64,000 nt of DNA from Picochlorum sp. SENEW3 (Eukaryota). The stretch spans positions 1 through 64,000 of the forward strand of contig CP120455.1 of assembly GCA_034226945.1 (NCBI GenBank). Reading direction: 5' to 3'. Every line of letters starts with the position of its first letter. The stretch's first letter is position 1. Under the pieces are notes generated by a model. That model saw only the letters and a list, made by a program, of their open reading frames with translations. It made no database searches and was not told where the DNA came from. The position numbers were made by a program, and so were the translations under genes. Below are positions 50,986 to 61,811 of the stretch, one piece after another.

Positions 50986-53202
50986 TCATGTAAAAGAATT
51001 TATCAAAGGCTCTGCCTTGAGTTTCATTTCCAGGTACTCTCCCTCTGGATCAGATTGGACGACAATGGCACCTCCCGCTCCAATCAGAACATCATGGCCA
51101 TTTATAATGGCTGTTCGGATCACTATGTTCAAATCGAACGCTTGATTCCAAGAGAAATAGCCGATGCTCCCGGAATAAATACCCCGAGGGCCCTCTTCAA
51201 GGGTGTCCAGAATTTCCATAGAGCGAATCTTCGGCGCCCCTGTCATCGAGCCGCCGGGGAAACAGGCCTTGACTATGTCTCCAATCCCTACCGATTGTTT
51301 TCTTCTGCCTATGATAGTGCTTACCATCTGATGAACGGTGGCAAACGTCTCAATTTGCATGAGGCCTGTCACCTCGACGGAACCAGTTTCGCAAACTTTG
51401 CCCAAATCATTTCTCAGGAGATCGACAATCATTAGATTTTCTGCCCGATCTTTCTCGGAATGATACAAACAATCAGCTATGCGCGCATCATTCGTGCTGT
51501 CGGTGAGGTCTCTCCGTGCTGTCCCCTTGATGGGTTTTGCCTCTAGCCTACCATTTCGTGTCCCACTTAAAAATCTTTCTGGACTTGAGCAACAGATTTT
51601 GGGACCTTTGATACACTTTGAGAAATCCATATACGCTGAATAAGGCGCGGGATTCACCCGTCGAAGCTTGTTGTACAGTGACAGTGCATCAACATGCTCT
51701 TGCACAGTCGACAACATGTTTGTTAGACACAATTCATACGAGTCGCCTTCAAAGAGTGCCTCCAAGCATTGCTCAATTTTGTTTTGATACGCATGTTTAT
51801 GATGTCGCTCAACAAAATGCACTCCATGTCTCGTATCTGAAACAGGAAAACTGGTTGTGCATTCCTCGACCTGCTCCACAGCATCAGCCATTCTATCAAC
51901 CCATTCTCTTGAATCCTCAGCGTCATTGCACTCATCAGCATACACAGCAATGATATAAATGTCATTGTATTTGTGGTCGATGGCTACGAATCTATCGACT
52001 ATGAAGAAGCAAGAATCTGCATTAGGTGATCTATGCGCTGCTCTGCCTCCCGTTTGGCATTTGAGTTCATATCCCAGATATCCTACCAGGCCACCCCAGA
52101 AATCGAAGGGAAGACAGACAAATTCGTCGTCAAATCCGGTGAATGTAGAGGTTTCGCGCGTGATCCAGTCAAATATAGACGTGCATTCCTCTAGGCACAC
52201 CACGGTCCCATCAGAGGACCACACGGTCAGCGTGCCAGAGCCATCACCACGATCTAGGTTGTACGAAATCCTGCGCCATAAATTCCCACCAGTACTACCG
52301 AAAAATGAGAATCGAGTGCGTTCGGATGTGGAACTGTCGAGCCAGAATAAATTTTCGTCCTTCCCTCCTCGCACAAACAAGGCCTCTACAAGTTCTGCTG
52401 CCCCATCTCTGAAATCTGCAAACTTTCCTCGCAGCTTTCTCTGGTATAAATGCAATGTTTTGTTCAATGAAGGAGCATTCTCGATTGCGAGAGGACAAGG
52501 TCCGACAGTTTTGTGCCCCAGAAGGTCTCCATCATTGCCTTGGTGATGGAGGATGGTCAGTTTCCTGAAATTATCCAACAGTGTACTGCCATACTCGGTT
52601 GCCACCGACTCAGGGTGAAATTGAACACCATAATGAGGATATTGTGTATGCTTTACTGCCATGAGGATGCGAGAATCCCCTGTGCTAGACCATGCAAGAG
52701 GGGCACACACAGAAGAATCAAGGGATTCCTCCTGCACGCACAGAGAATGGTACCTCACCACTTGAAAACTACTGGGTATATTATCGAAAAGAGCATCTTC
52801 CTGATTATGATGCACCACGCTGATTCTCCCATGAACAGGCTCTGGGGCCTTGACAACTCGGCCTCCCCCATGGAAAAGGCAGAGACTCTGGAAGCCAAAA
52901 CATACACCAAACACTGGCATATTCCGGCACCTCTCAAACACCTCCAATGATATACCCGCATCATCGGGTTTATGAGGCGTCCCCGGCCCTGGAGATATCA
53001 CAATATTGTCGATTCCTTCTCTTTGAATAAGGCCCTCAAGTCCCTGACCGTCGAGTTCATCATTCATGATCACAATGGGCGGCATTCCATTGACCGATGC
53101 AATCATTTGATATAAATTATATGTGTATGAATCGTAATTATCGATTAGAAGGGTCCTTACACACCCTCCCGAGGGCTGGGTCCCTTCTGCTCCTACACCC
53201 AT
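50986..53202 (-). CDS. ADCS: Aminodeoxychorismate synthase (PabA-PabB fusion); 5' end unresolved
   Basis: TLLIDNYDSYTYNL, SPGPG, GVCFG, RYHSL, GVQFHPES; SYELCLT, SSPERF, KPIKGT, ENLMIVDLLRND, PGGSMTGAPK. Confidence 0.95.
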   Translation of the reverse strand: MGVGAEGTQPSGGCVRTLLIDNYDSYTYNLYQMIASVNGMPPIVIMNDELDGQGLEGLIQREGIDNIVISPGPGTPHKPDDAGISLEVFERCRNMPVFGVCFGFQSLCLFHGGGRVVKAPEPVHGRISVVHHNQEDALFDNIPSSFQVVRYHSLCVQEESLDSSVCAPLAWSSTGDSRILMAVKHTQYPHYGVQFHPESVATEYGSTLLDNFRKLTILHHQGNDGDLLGHKTVGPCPLAIENAPSLNKTLHLYQRKLRGKFADFRDGAAELVEALFVRGGKDENLFWLDSSTSERTRFSFFGSTGGNLWRRISYNLDRGDGSGTLTVWSSDGTVVCLEECTSIFDWITRETSTFTGFDDEFVCLPFDFWGGLVGYLGYELKCQTGGRAAHRSPNADSCFFIVDRFVAIDHKYNDIYIIAVYADECNDAEDSREWVDRMADAVEQVEECTTSFPVSDTRHGVHFVERHHKHAYQNKIEQCLEALFEGDSYELCLTNMLSTVQEHVDALSLYNKLRRVNPAPYSAYMDFSKCIKGPKICCSSPERFLSGTRNGRLEAKPIKGTARRDLTDSTNDARIADCLYHSEKDRAENLMIVDLLRNDLGKVCETGSVEVTGLMQIETFATVHQMVSTIIGRRKQSVGIGDIVKACFPGGSMTGAPKIRSMEILDTLEEGPRGIYSGSIGYFSWNQAFDLNIVIRTAIINGHDVLIGAGGAIVVQSDPEGEYLEMKLKAEPLINSFT

Positions 53203-53478
53203 GCTGCACCCGACCTTCTCATCCAACCCTTTAATACTCTCCCATGTCCCTTTGAATGGCCTAAAAAATCAATTCAATATGAATGCGATGCATGATTGCC
53301 CAATCAACGACGCATTGCGGCAGAGTTCTGTATTAAAGTAGAATAAAAATACAATAAATTGCTGACACATTCCATCTGCATGCTGAAAGGCACCATAGTT
53401 AATTCACAAATACAATATAGTGGATCTAAAAGGGCAGTAGATGTACCGGTATCGCTGCTGCATTCCACGTACTGCAGC

Positions 53479-55477
53479 ATGCCGGGTTCCTCGTTCTCGG
53501 CATCGACCACTGTGTCAAATATTGTGCTTTCCATCGGATCTGGAATTTACAAGGATATAAGAAAGAGATTTCCATGGTACGAGAGCGACTGGAAGGACAT
53601 TGGGAAGAATAAATTAAGGTACTGAAAGAAAAACGTTTTGTGGCTGGTCAACTCCGTTTGTGTATGGATGAGTCATGCTGGTGCTTCTTGCGTGCAGAGT
53701 GGCTGCTGCATCGACGTACATATTTTTTGCTTCAGTGGTTCCCGCTTTAGCATTCGGGGAACAATTTGCCTCCGAGACTGATGGGTTGATCAATGTAGTT
53801 CATGTGCTGGCAGCCTGTGCTACAACTGGCGTGATGCAAGCTGTTTTTGGAGGGCAGCCATTGCTCATTGTCGGTGTGGCGGAGCCAATTGTTTTGGTGT
53901 ACAAGTATATGTATGATTTTGCCAAGGACAGAGAAGATCTTGGAAGAAATTTGTTCTTGGCTTGGAGCTCTTGGGTTTGCGTGTTCACCGCCATATTTGT
54001 TGCAGTTTTGGCAGTCACTAATGCCTGCGTGTACATTAATAAATTTACTCGATTTGCCGGAGAGGCTTTTGGGGCTCTGATTGCTATATTGTTCATGCAA
54101 CAGGCCATCAAAGGCCTGGTAGAGGAGTTTCAAAGGGAGGAGTTGACTTCCGATGGACGCACAATGAATGGCCTTTGGAGTTTATTTCTGGCCTTTGGTA
54201 TGGTCATTACATCGCTCATGATTAGAAAAGCTCGGAAGTGGCGATTTTTGTTTGCCCCGCTGCGGGCTCTTTTGGCAGATTATGGAGTGCCTCTGCTTGT
54301 AGTGGTCTGGACTGGTCTCAGTTATGCTGTTGATTATCCTGGGGTTCCCGCCAGGGTCCAAACGCCCAACACATGGGATGTAAAGGACTGTTGGAAGGTG
54401 ACGACTGTCATGTCGTCTGTCCCCTCCAAGTACATTGGAGCAGCTGTTATCCCAGCCATCATCATGACGGTGCTCTTTTTCTTTGACCACAATGTCAGCA
54501 GCCAACTGGCCCAGCAGCCAGAATTTAACCTAAAAAAGCCGAGCACATATCATTATGATATGATGCTATTGGCGCTCATGACACTGCTGTGCGGTCTGCT
54601 CGGCATTCCTCCAGTGAATGGGGTGATTCCGCAGTCTCCCATGCACACAAAGAGCCTTGCCTTGGTAGAGAGTGGACAGAGAAAACGGCAGAGCGAACAC
54701 ACCTCCGCCAATGGGATCCGAGAGGGTTCAAAAGGAGAGGATGGCACAACAGAAACACGCACGCCTCCACATGATGGTGGTGCTTACATTCCGCTCAGAG
54801 TTGCAGAACAGCGTGGCTCTGGGCTCGCTCAAGCCCTTGCCATTGGGGCCTGCCTCGGACTCACCCCCGCCATCCGATGGTTGCCAACAGCTGTCCTATG
54901 GGGATATTTCGCATTTATGGCATGCGAATCACTTCCTGGCTCACAGCTGTGGGAGAGAATTCTCCTCCTGCTGACAGATCCTAAGAGAAGATACATGGCA
55001 CTGGAAGAGCAGCATGTTGCATTTCTGGAGACAGTCCCATTCAAGGTGATTGCTGCTTTTACTGCGCTGCAAACAGTGATCGTTCTTGGAATATACGGCA
55101 TCACTTGGGCTGGAGTTGCTGGTGTTTTATTCCCCATTCCCATCATGCTGTTGGTTCCATTCAGGCAGTACATTATGCCTAAAATGTTCAATGCAGTCTA
55201 CCTGGAGGAATTAGACAAATTGACCGAAGAAGAAGCTGGTCCTCTACCTCACGAAGAAGCGATCAGGGAAGCACAAGAGCAAGGTCTGGGCATTGAGGAT
55301 GGGCAGGAGGAAGAAGATATTGAATCTGAAATGGCCCATTTCCGGGTGGTCCATCACGCGTCTCACCGAGAAATCGAGGCCAGGAGATCTTCAATACGCC
55401 ACAGGCACTCAAGGAATAACAATTCCAGTAATAATTCGAGTCATAATGACAATAATGACCAGGGAAACAGCGTGTGA
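53479..55477 (+). CDS. BOR: Boron transporter BOR / SLC4 anion exchanger family (intron ~53619-53698)
   Basis: DIRKRFPWYESDW, YIFFASVVPALAFGEQ, GGQPLLIVGVAEP, FFDHNVSSQLAQQPEFNLKKP, PPVNGVIPQSPMHTKSL. Confidence 0.95.
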
Positions 55478-56154
55478 TGGATTTCTGTAAACTTTCGTCC
55501 TGTCTACTACAGCCTTGGCAAAGGGTCAAAGGGTGGAACGCAACCGCACGTTCCACTCCCAGAATCCTGATTGCACGAGGCGGAAGAAAATATGCTATTA
55601 TTAAATCACATGGAGGAGCTCCTAGGGCCCAAAGTGGTCCAGAGTCGGAAGGACCAAACTCTTTCTTGTTTGAACGGGGAAAGCGCAAAGAGAGCGAAGC
55701 ACACAATTTTAGGCCATCTCTCGAATACTCTCGAGAGGAAGCCATCATGAAGCAGCTCGAGGCGCTGCAGAACAACAACGAGCCTTATCCTGACCACGGG
55801 ATTGAGGTTTTGTATCGTTTTGCCGGGAGACACCTTGATCCGTTTGCGCCCAGCTTTTACTTTGGCAGAAGCCTGGATCTGGGGCAGTTTGAGAGATTTC
55901 GAAGGATCATGAATACCGAATGCTACAGAATTTTGGTCAACCACACAGAGTACACGATATGTAGCGGCCTACAAGTATCTGAGCACGTATGGAAGAGTCG
56001 AGTCAAGGTGAAGAATGCATGGCAAAAACGAGAGGCCATGTTTGAGTTCACCATGGTACGGGAGTTGGGAGGGAGATACGATGGTATCTGGTTTTGCCAA
56101 AGACTCATCTGCCAAGACGATGAAGATGGCCGGCATATTTATGGCGTCATCTAG
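55477..56154 (+). CDS. Conserved hypothetical protein with transit-peptide-like N-terminus
   Basis: 225 aa ORF; basic Ser/Ala-rich leader followed by a globular-looking core (QLEALQNNNEPYPDHGIEVLYRFA...DLGQFERFRR...GRYDGIW). Confidence 0.75.
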   Translation: MDFCKLSSCLLQPWQRVKGWNATARSTPRILIARGGRKYAIIKSHGGAPRAQSGPESEGPNSFLFERGKRKESEAHNFRPSLEYSREEAIMKQLEALQNNNEPYPDHGIEVLYRFAGRHLDPFAPSFYFGRSLDLGQFERFRRIMNTECYRILVNHTEYTICSGLQVSEHVWKSRVKVKNAWQKREAMFEFTMVRELGGRYDGIWFCQRLICQDDEDGRHIYGVI

Positions 56155-56307
56155 GCGGAGCTATTTATGTAGCTTTCTCAAAAGCTTTGCAAAAATCGAT
56201 GAATCCCTCAAAAAGGCAACGGAGGGAGCACTTCCTTCCTTGAGAATGAATTGTATATTATTCAATCAAAAAATTTGAAACATGTCGCATCTATTTGTTG
56301 ATATAGA

Positions 56308-59300
56308 ATGACAGAGTGTCCCACGTTGATAATAGCCGGGTCGTCGACCGCGGTGGGGAAATCCTCAGTCTCTTTGGGACTCATGGCAGCACTCAGGTGC
56401 GGGTGATTTTTGGGTATGAAAATGAGTGATATGGTTATTTAATGGCATTGAATGGATGCAGCGATGGGAACACGTCTGTGCAAGCGTTCAAAGTTGGTCC
56501 AGGTGCGCAACTGTTTTCCCAACCTTACCACTGTTTCTTTCTCGCACATCAGGTACTTATGGGCAATGCCATATACTATGCAGACTTTGTTGATCCTTTA
56601 TATCATGCCCGTGCCACAGGAAGGCCTTCCATTAACCTCGATAGGTGGTTTTCGAGTCCCCGTGGGTTGAGGGACGTGTGGCACAGGCACAGAAAAGATG
56701 CCGATTTTTGCATCGTGGAAGGGACGATGGGCCTTTCGGATGATCTCAAGTGTCCCATTGCAGGCGGATCTGAGGATCTCTTGCCGTTCAGCACCGCCCA
56801 GGTGGCAAAGTGGTTGAATGTTCCCGTGGTTTTGGTGATGGATGGGTCAAAGCTGGAGAACAGCATTGGTGCTCTCGTGAGAGGCTACTGCACGTGGGAC
56901 AAGGGAGTTCGAATAGCTGGAATTATATTTAATAATGTCGGAGAACAGGACGATCTGGTAGACCTCGAGGCCATTGTGAACAATGCTTGCCCGCATGAGA
57001 TTCCTATTCTGGGTGGCATTCCATTTGATGAAGCTTCCCCAGATGGCACCCTGGAGTCTGCGTTCGATTCATCGGTGATCGACAACAAAATATTTAACTT
57101 ATCTTCAGTCGTATGTCAGTATGTTGATGTCAAGGCGCTGGTGGCAATTGCTCGGGAATCACTTGATGCGAGGTGTCCCCCAGGAGACCTCTCTCCAACA
57201 GAGAGGAATGGTGCACAAGCGCAACGGAAATCAAAGAATGCAAAAAGGAGGGAGCGGAGAAAAAGAGCAAAGCAAGGGCAGATGGAGAAGCATGGTAACC
57301 AGGAGCGAAGTGGGAGTACTTCCTCCGACCAAGTCTCATCAGGAGGACATTCTGAGGAGGCCAACGGTCGCAGCCCAGTCTCACGGATAGCCATTGCAAG
57401 GGACAATGCATTTTGCTTTTATTACGAAGAAAATTTAGAGTTGATGAGGATCCATGGGTTAGAACTAGTCTTCTTCTCACCTCTCACCGATCCTCTGCCA
57501 CCAAACATAGCAGCAGTGTACCTTGGCGGTGGGGTACCAGAATTGCATGCGGCCACACTGGCCGACAACAAAGTATTTCGAGCAGGGATGAAAAAATTTG
57601 TCGAATCTGGTGGAGTTGTTCTAGCGGAAGGTGGAGGGTTACTTGCTTTGTGTCAAAGCTTGCAGACTCGCACCGGGTTTCCTCAGCAACCCATGGTCGG
57701 AATCTTCCCTTTTCGGGCCATCATGTCAAGAACACAGGTGATGAAAAGTTACGTAGAAGTCAAGGTCAAAGATAATTGCCCGATATTCACCCCTGGAGCT
57801 ACAATCAAGGGTTATATTTGCAGTGATAGTGAGCTTGTTCAGGAACAGCATATTGGTGGCATTCAGTCGACCGATGAGTGGACCAGCTCGTACGAGGCCA
57901 GAGTTTTCCGCGGCAAGAAGCCCATTGCTCAAGCTTCTGGCATGATAGATGGCTACACTACATCAAATGTGCTGGCTTCGTATGTTCACCATTATTTTGG
58001 CTCCTCGGAAGGTGTATTAAAGACACTCGTGAGCAAATGCCAGGAAGTTAATGTCGGAGCCGTTACTGCAGCAGTTGCAGGGTCTCGTAGGATGGCAGAT
58101 TGTTTGGAGGGCTCGGTAGCATATACACCTCCTTTGACAGTACGTTTTTCATCACTGCGTTGAAATCAGGTGCTGACTGTTCTGATATGATTTGTTGAAT
58201 GTGCAGCCTCTGGGAAATCGTTCAAACTTGGGAATGCTTGGGGTCCACTCCTCACCAGACCTTTCTCGAGCACGCTCAAGGCCACAATCGATGGACTTGA
58301 ATACATACGACTTTAGTGCGATGATAGATTCGAAACAGTTCATGTTGCCAAAGCCACAGAGCTCGGGATCTCTCTGTCACAGGACTGCTTTTGCATTTGA
58401 CCACACGGCATACGACCAGAAATCTTCTGGTGCCGCTTCACCAGTTCAGTTAGGGAGTGCAACAGATCTGAATACTTTGGCTACTTCCCGGCGCAACTTG
58501 ACGCGCATGCAAGGTGGCGGCATGGCTCAAGATGCAGACTACAAACAGCACGGTGCAAGGGTGTCACACGAGCGCTATGGGTTGCAGCACAGAGTGTCCA
58601 ACAATTCAGAATCGCAGTCAGTTCTTTCGAGCGAAGGGTCGGAGCTAATGGAACGCTACCAGAATCCTCCTGCGTTTGGAAAAAAGAAGATCGAGAGTGT
58701 TCACACAGCACCCCGGTATCCTGACCATGGGGGTCAATATCTCAAGGAGGCTGCCCAGTATTTGGATGTTAACCCGACAGGTTTGGCGAATACGACTGAA
58801 AATAAATCAATAGGTGTCTGTGATGCTGGTATCCGAGATATTTTGCAAGCCTTTGACATCACCTCCAGGGTGATTGATGTGTCACGGCATGGGCTGGGAC
58901 CTGCCATCATGACAGATGGGTCAGTTGGCATGCTTCAGAGCAAATCAGTTCAAGCACTTCAGCATTTTCATTCGAGGCGTAATAGTAGCGATGCGGGATC
59001 TGATTCTGCCTTTGGGGACGCTCTTCTCGAAAATGCAGTGAAAATGCCCTTTGGAAGAGTGGGTAGTACAGATATTGACTACGAAGTTGTGGCCCAGGTG
59101 CAGCCCGACCTTATCCTCATGCTCATCCCTGAAAAGATTGGCTCCAGCAAGATACAGAAGCACGTGAGAGAAAAGATCTACAGAGCTTCTCGGCGAACCA
59201 AGCTGATCGAGTTCACATCCCATTCTCTAGCAGACGTACTGCAGCACATTGTGGACATTGGTGATGCTATTCATGAGAGGGACCAAGCGGTCGCAATCGT

Positions 59301-59859
59301 GAAAAAGGTCAGAGAGCGCCTAAGAAAGGTTGTTATGTACTCACAGAAAGCCAAGTTGACATCTCCCAGCATGCCCGCGGTACCCAAGATTGCCGTCTTG
59401 GGATCGTTGCACCCTCTCACTGTGGAAGGAGCGTGGGTCCGAGATTTGGTCGAACTAGTCGGGGGCCAGCCCCTGCCAACGCGCGGCCGTAATAAAATGA
59501 TCATCTCCTGGGATGATCTGGTCGCCTTTGCCCCTGACTATCTAGTGATCTGTGCGCCAATCATCAACAGCGGGGATAAGAGTGCCAAGGTATTTAATGA
59601 CCTGTGTGACATTGCCTCCCAACCTGGATGGTGGCAGCTTCCTGCCGTGCGAGATGGCGTCGTCGTCATATGCGAAGAGGCTCTCTTGTGTCGGATGGGG
59701 ATTCGCCTGATCGACGGAGCAGAAGCGCTCACAAGAATCGTGTACGGCGACAATGTCCCAACATGCTGCCTCCCCAGATCAGCATTCAAACTGAAATTGA
59801 GACCTGGACAGCGGGTGAGACCCCGCCTCTTACCCAATTATTTCATGGCGTATGCATAG
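56308..59859 (+). CDS. CbiA/CobB (cobyrinate a,c-diamide synthase)-like protein fused to a C-terminal BtuF-like binding domain; exons 56308-56396, 56462-56502, 56584-58139, 58207-59859 (~1112 aa)
   Basis: IIAGSSTAVGKS P-loop, VQAFKVGPDFVDP, IVEGTMGL, STAQVAK, GIIFNNVG, RIAIARDNAFCFYYEENL, YLGGGVPEL, NVLASYVH; then QPDLIL, SLADVLQHIVDIG, AWVRDLVELVGG, ISWDDLVAFAPD, LPAVRDGVV, RMGIRLIDGAEAL. Confidence 0.85.
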
Positions 59860-59911
59860 ATTCTAAGGCATTATTTATTATTATTGGCACCAATAGCCCT
59901 GTGAAAGTAGA

Positions 59912-60684
59912 ATGCTTCGGCAGAGTCTGAACCTCCTCCGTCGCCACGCAGCACGGACAGCAACTCGAGCCTTGCGGACCATCCCACCCAACCTTGCCGT
60001 GGGAGAAGACCCAATGCTAATTGTCATGGCATCGCGTTATGTCACATGGAGCCAGATGGTGGCCTCCCACGGAACCACACCTGCTCTCCCTGGCAAGACG
60101 GGTGAGCGACGACGTCTCTCGACAGGGAATGAGTACGCATCGCTCTCGTATGCTGTTACAATGGCTATGTAATGACAATGCACCATCATACTGCAGGGAT
60201 GAGATTGATGACGTTCGCTATCACAAGGAGGCAGACCACGCCTTGGAGTATCTTGTAGAGGCTTTTGAAAACCTGTTAGATGACATAGAGGCCGACGATG
60301 CCGACGTCGAGTTGAGCCAAGGCGTTCTAAATTTGAACTTGGGATCGATTGGGACGTATGTGATCAACAAGCAGACTCCCAACAAGCAGATATGGGTGTC
60401 CTCGCCAGTAAGGTATGGTATGCATTCCAACCCAACCTCACACATCATGTGCTGCAACCCCACACCAATTCATGCGTGACCCCTACTATTGCCTTCCTTG
60501 CAGTGGACCTGTGCGCTACGATTTCGTGAAAGGGTTCTGGACGTACAAGAGGGATGGTCACCTCTTCCACCAGCGGCTGGAGGAGGAAATCAAGGCCCTG
60601 ACTGGAGTGGACATTGATCTAAATCCGTGCAGTCATTGCGGCAAACGGAATGCCTGTGCTGATAACTACGAATGCGTTAAATAA
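59912..60684 (+). CDS. FXN: Frataxin with mitochondrial presequence; introns ~60133-60197 and ~60413-60503
   Basis: YHKEADHALE acidic helix, [44 protein letters not shown]. Confidence 0.95.
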
Positions 60685-60851
60685 ATTTATATTGATTGAT
60701 GGATTAATACCACGATGCTGTGCGGCGTACTCGGCTGCAACTCTTGTCACGCAACTGTCGGTAACCGGCGAAACCGGCTCAAGTCGGTAGATTTGATGCT
60801 TATTTTATAAGCTGTTGATACAAGGGAGTAGGTAAAAGAAGCTGCGGGTGG

Positions 60852-61799
60852 ATGAGGAGTCAGTTTGAGCCACTGCGCCTTCGGGTCTTGCGCTCGAGCC
60901 AGAGCGACGCTGCTCAGCTGGACGAAGAGCTTCTTGGGTTGTTCAAAGACTATTTGAACGCTTGTTTGGGCACTTTTCACTCGGGATTCATGAGTTCCAA
61001 CTACGCAGAGATTTTGCTGGCGCTGAAGACAATCATCTTTGGGTTGACTGTGGCTCAGGGACAGCCAACACCTGGCATGTCCTTGTTGAATCTGCGGTAC
61101 AGGGACGAGCGGAGTGCATCCTCTGGAAAGGTCAGAGCTATTTCAACAGGGCAGAGGACGCTGCTGTATGTGGGGAGTATATTGTTGCCGTATGTATGGG
61201 GGAGAGTGTCCTCGCGAATGGTCCGGCAGATTGATTTGAACACCAGTCTACGTGCCGCAAGAATACCATTTTTGTGTACTCCTGGAAGGTTTTGGAAAAG
61301 CATGCAGCGAATAGAAAGTCTATGGACGCTTCTGGAGGCCCTGAATTTTGTCATCTATCTGAGGCATGGCACATACAGACGATTACTGGAACGTTGTGTG
61401 GGGGCTCGGGTGGTGTACAGCCACGTCGGCGCGTCACGGCAGATAAGCTTTGATTACTTAAATAGGCAGCTAATTTGGAGTGAAATCAGCGATTTTGTCT
61501 TGTTTCTCCTTCCCCTGTTGAATCTCAGCTCTGCAAGTCAGGTGCTCAGCAGGTACCTGCCGATGAACACATTAATTGTTCGAAGGGGCTTGGCACATCC
61601 TGACGGCGACTCATACTGTCCCATTTGTCGCACGAAATCACAGAGTCCGTTGTATTGTAGAGTGATGCCGTGTGGACACGAGTATTGTTACTATTGTATT
61701 GCATCAAGGATTGCACAGAGAAGGGGCTACACCTGTCTCCTTTGCTCGCAAAATGTTCGTAGTGTGCGTATGTTACATTCAAAGAATGAATCCTTTTAA
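60852..61799 (+). CDS. PEX2: RING-finger peroxin PEX2
   Basis: SQSDAAQLDEEL, PTPGMSLLNLRYRDER, ISFDYLNRQLIW, C-terminal RING CPIC...PCGHEYCYYC...CLLC. Confidence 0.9.
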   Translation: MRSQFEPLRLRVLRSSQSDAAQLDEELLGLFKDYLNACLGTFHSGFMSSNYAEILLALKTIIFGLTVAQGQPTPGMSLLNLRYRDERSASSGKVRAISTGQRTLLYVGSILLPYVWGRVSSRMVRQIDLNTSLRAARIPFLCTPGRFWKSMQRIESLWTLLEALNFVIYLRHGTYRRLLERCVGARVVYSHVGASRQISFDYLNRQLIWSEISDFVLFLLPLLNLSSASQVLSRYLPMNTLIVRRGLAHPDGDSYCPICRTKSQSPLYCRVMPCGHEYCYYCIASRIAQRRGYTCLLCSQNVRSVRMLHSKNESF

Positions 61800-61811
61800 A
61801 TAGATAGGATA

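Noticed and set aside
53203..53400. ADCS apparently lacking a plastid transit peptide
   Set aside because: The frame stays open upstream to a plausible acceptor (TTTTTTAG near 53262), so an unresolved 5' exon may exist; absence cannot be claimed.
56308..59859. Bacterial contamination or mis-join explaining the cobalamin-type gene
   Set aside because: It has spliceosomal GT-AG introns like its neighbours, eukaryote-style low-complexity linkers and sits seamlessly among algal genes.
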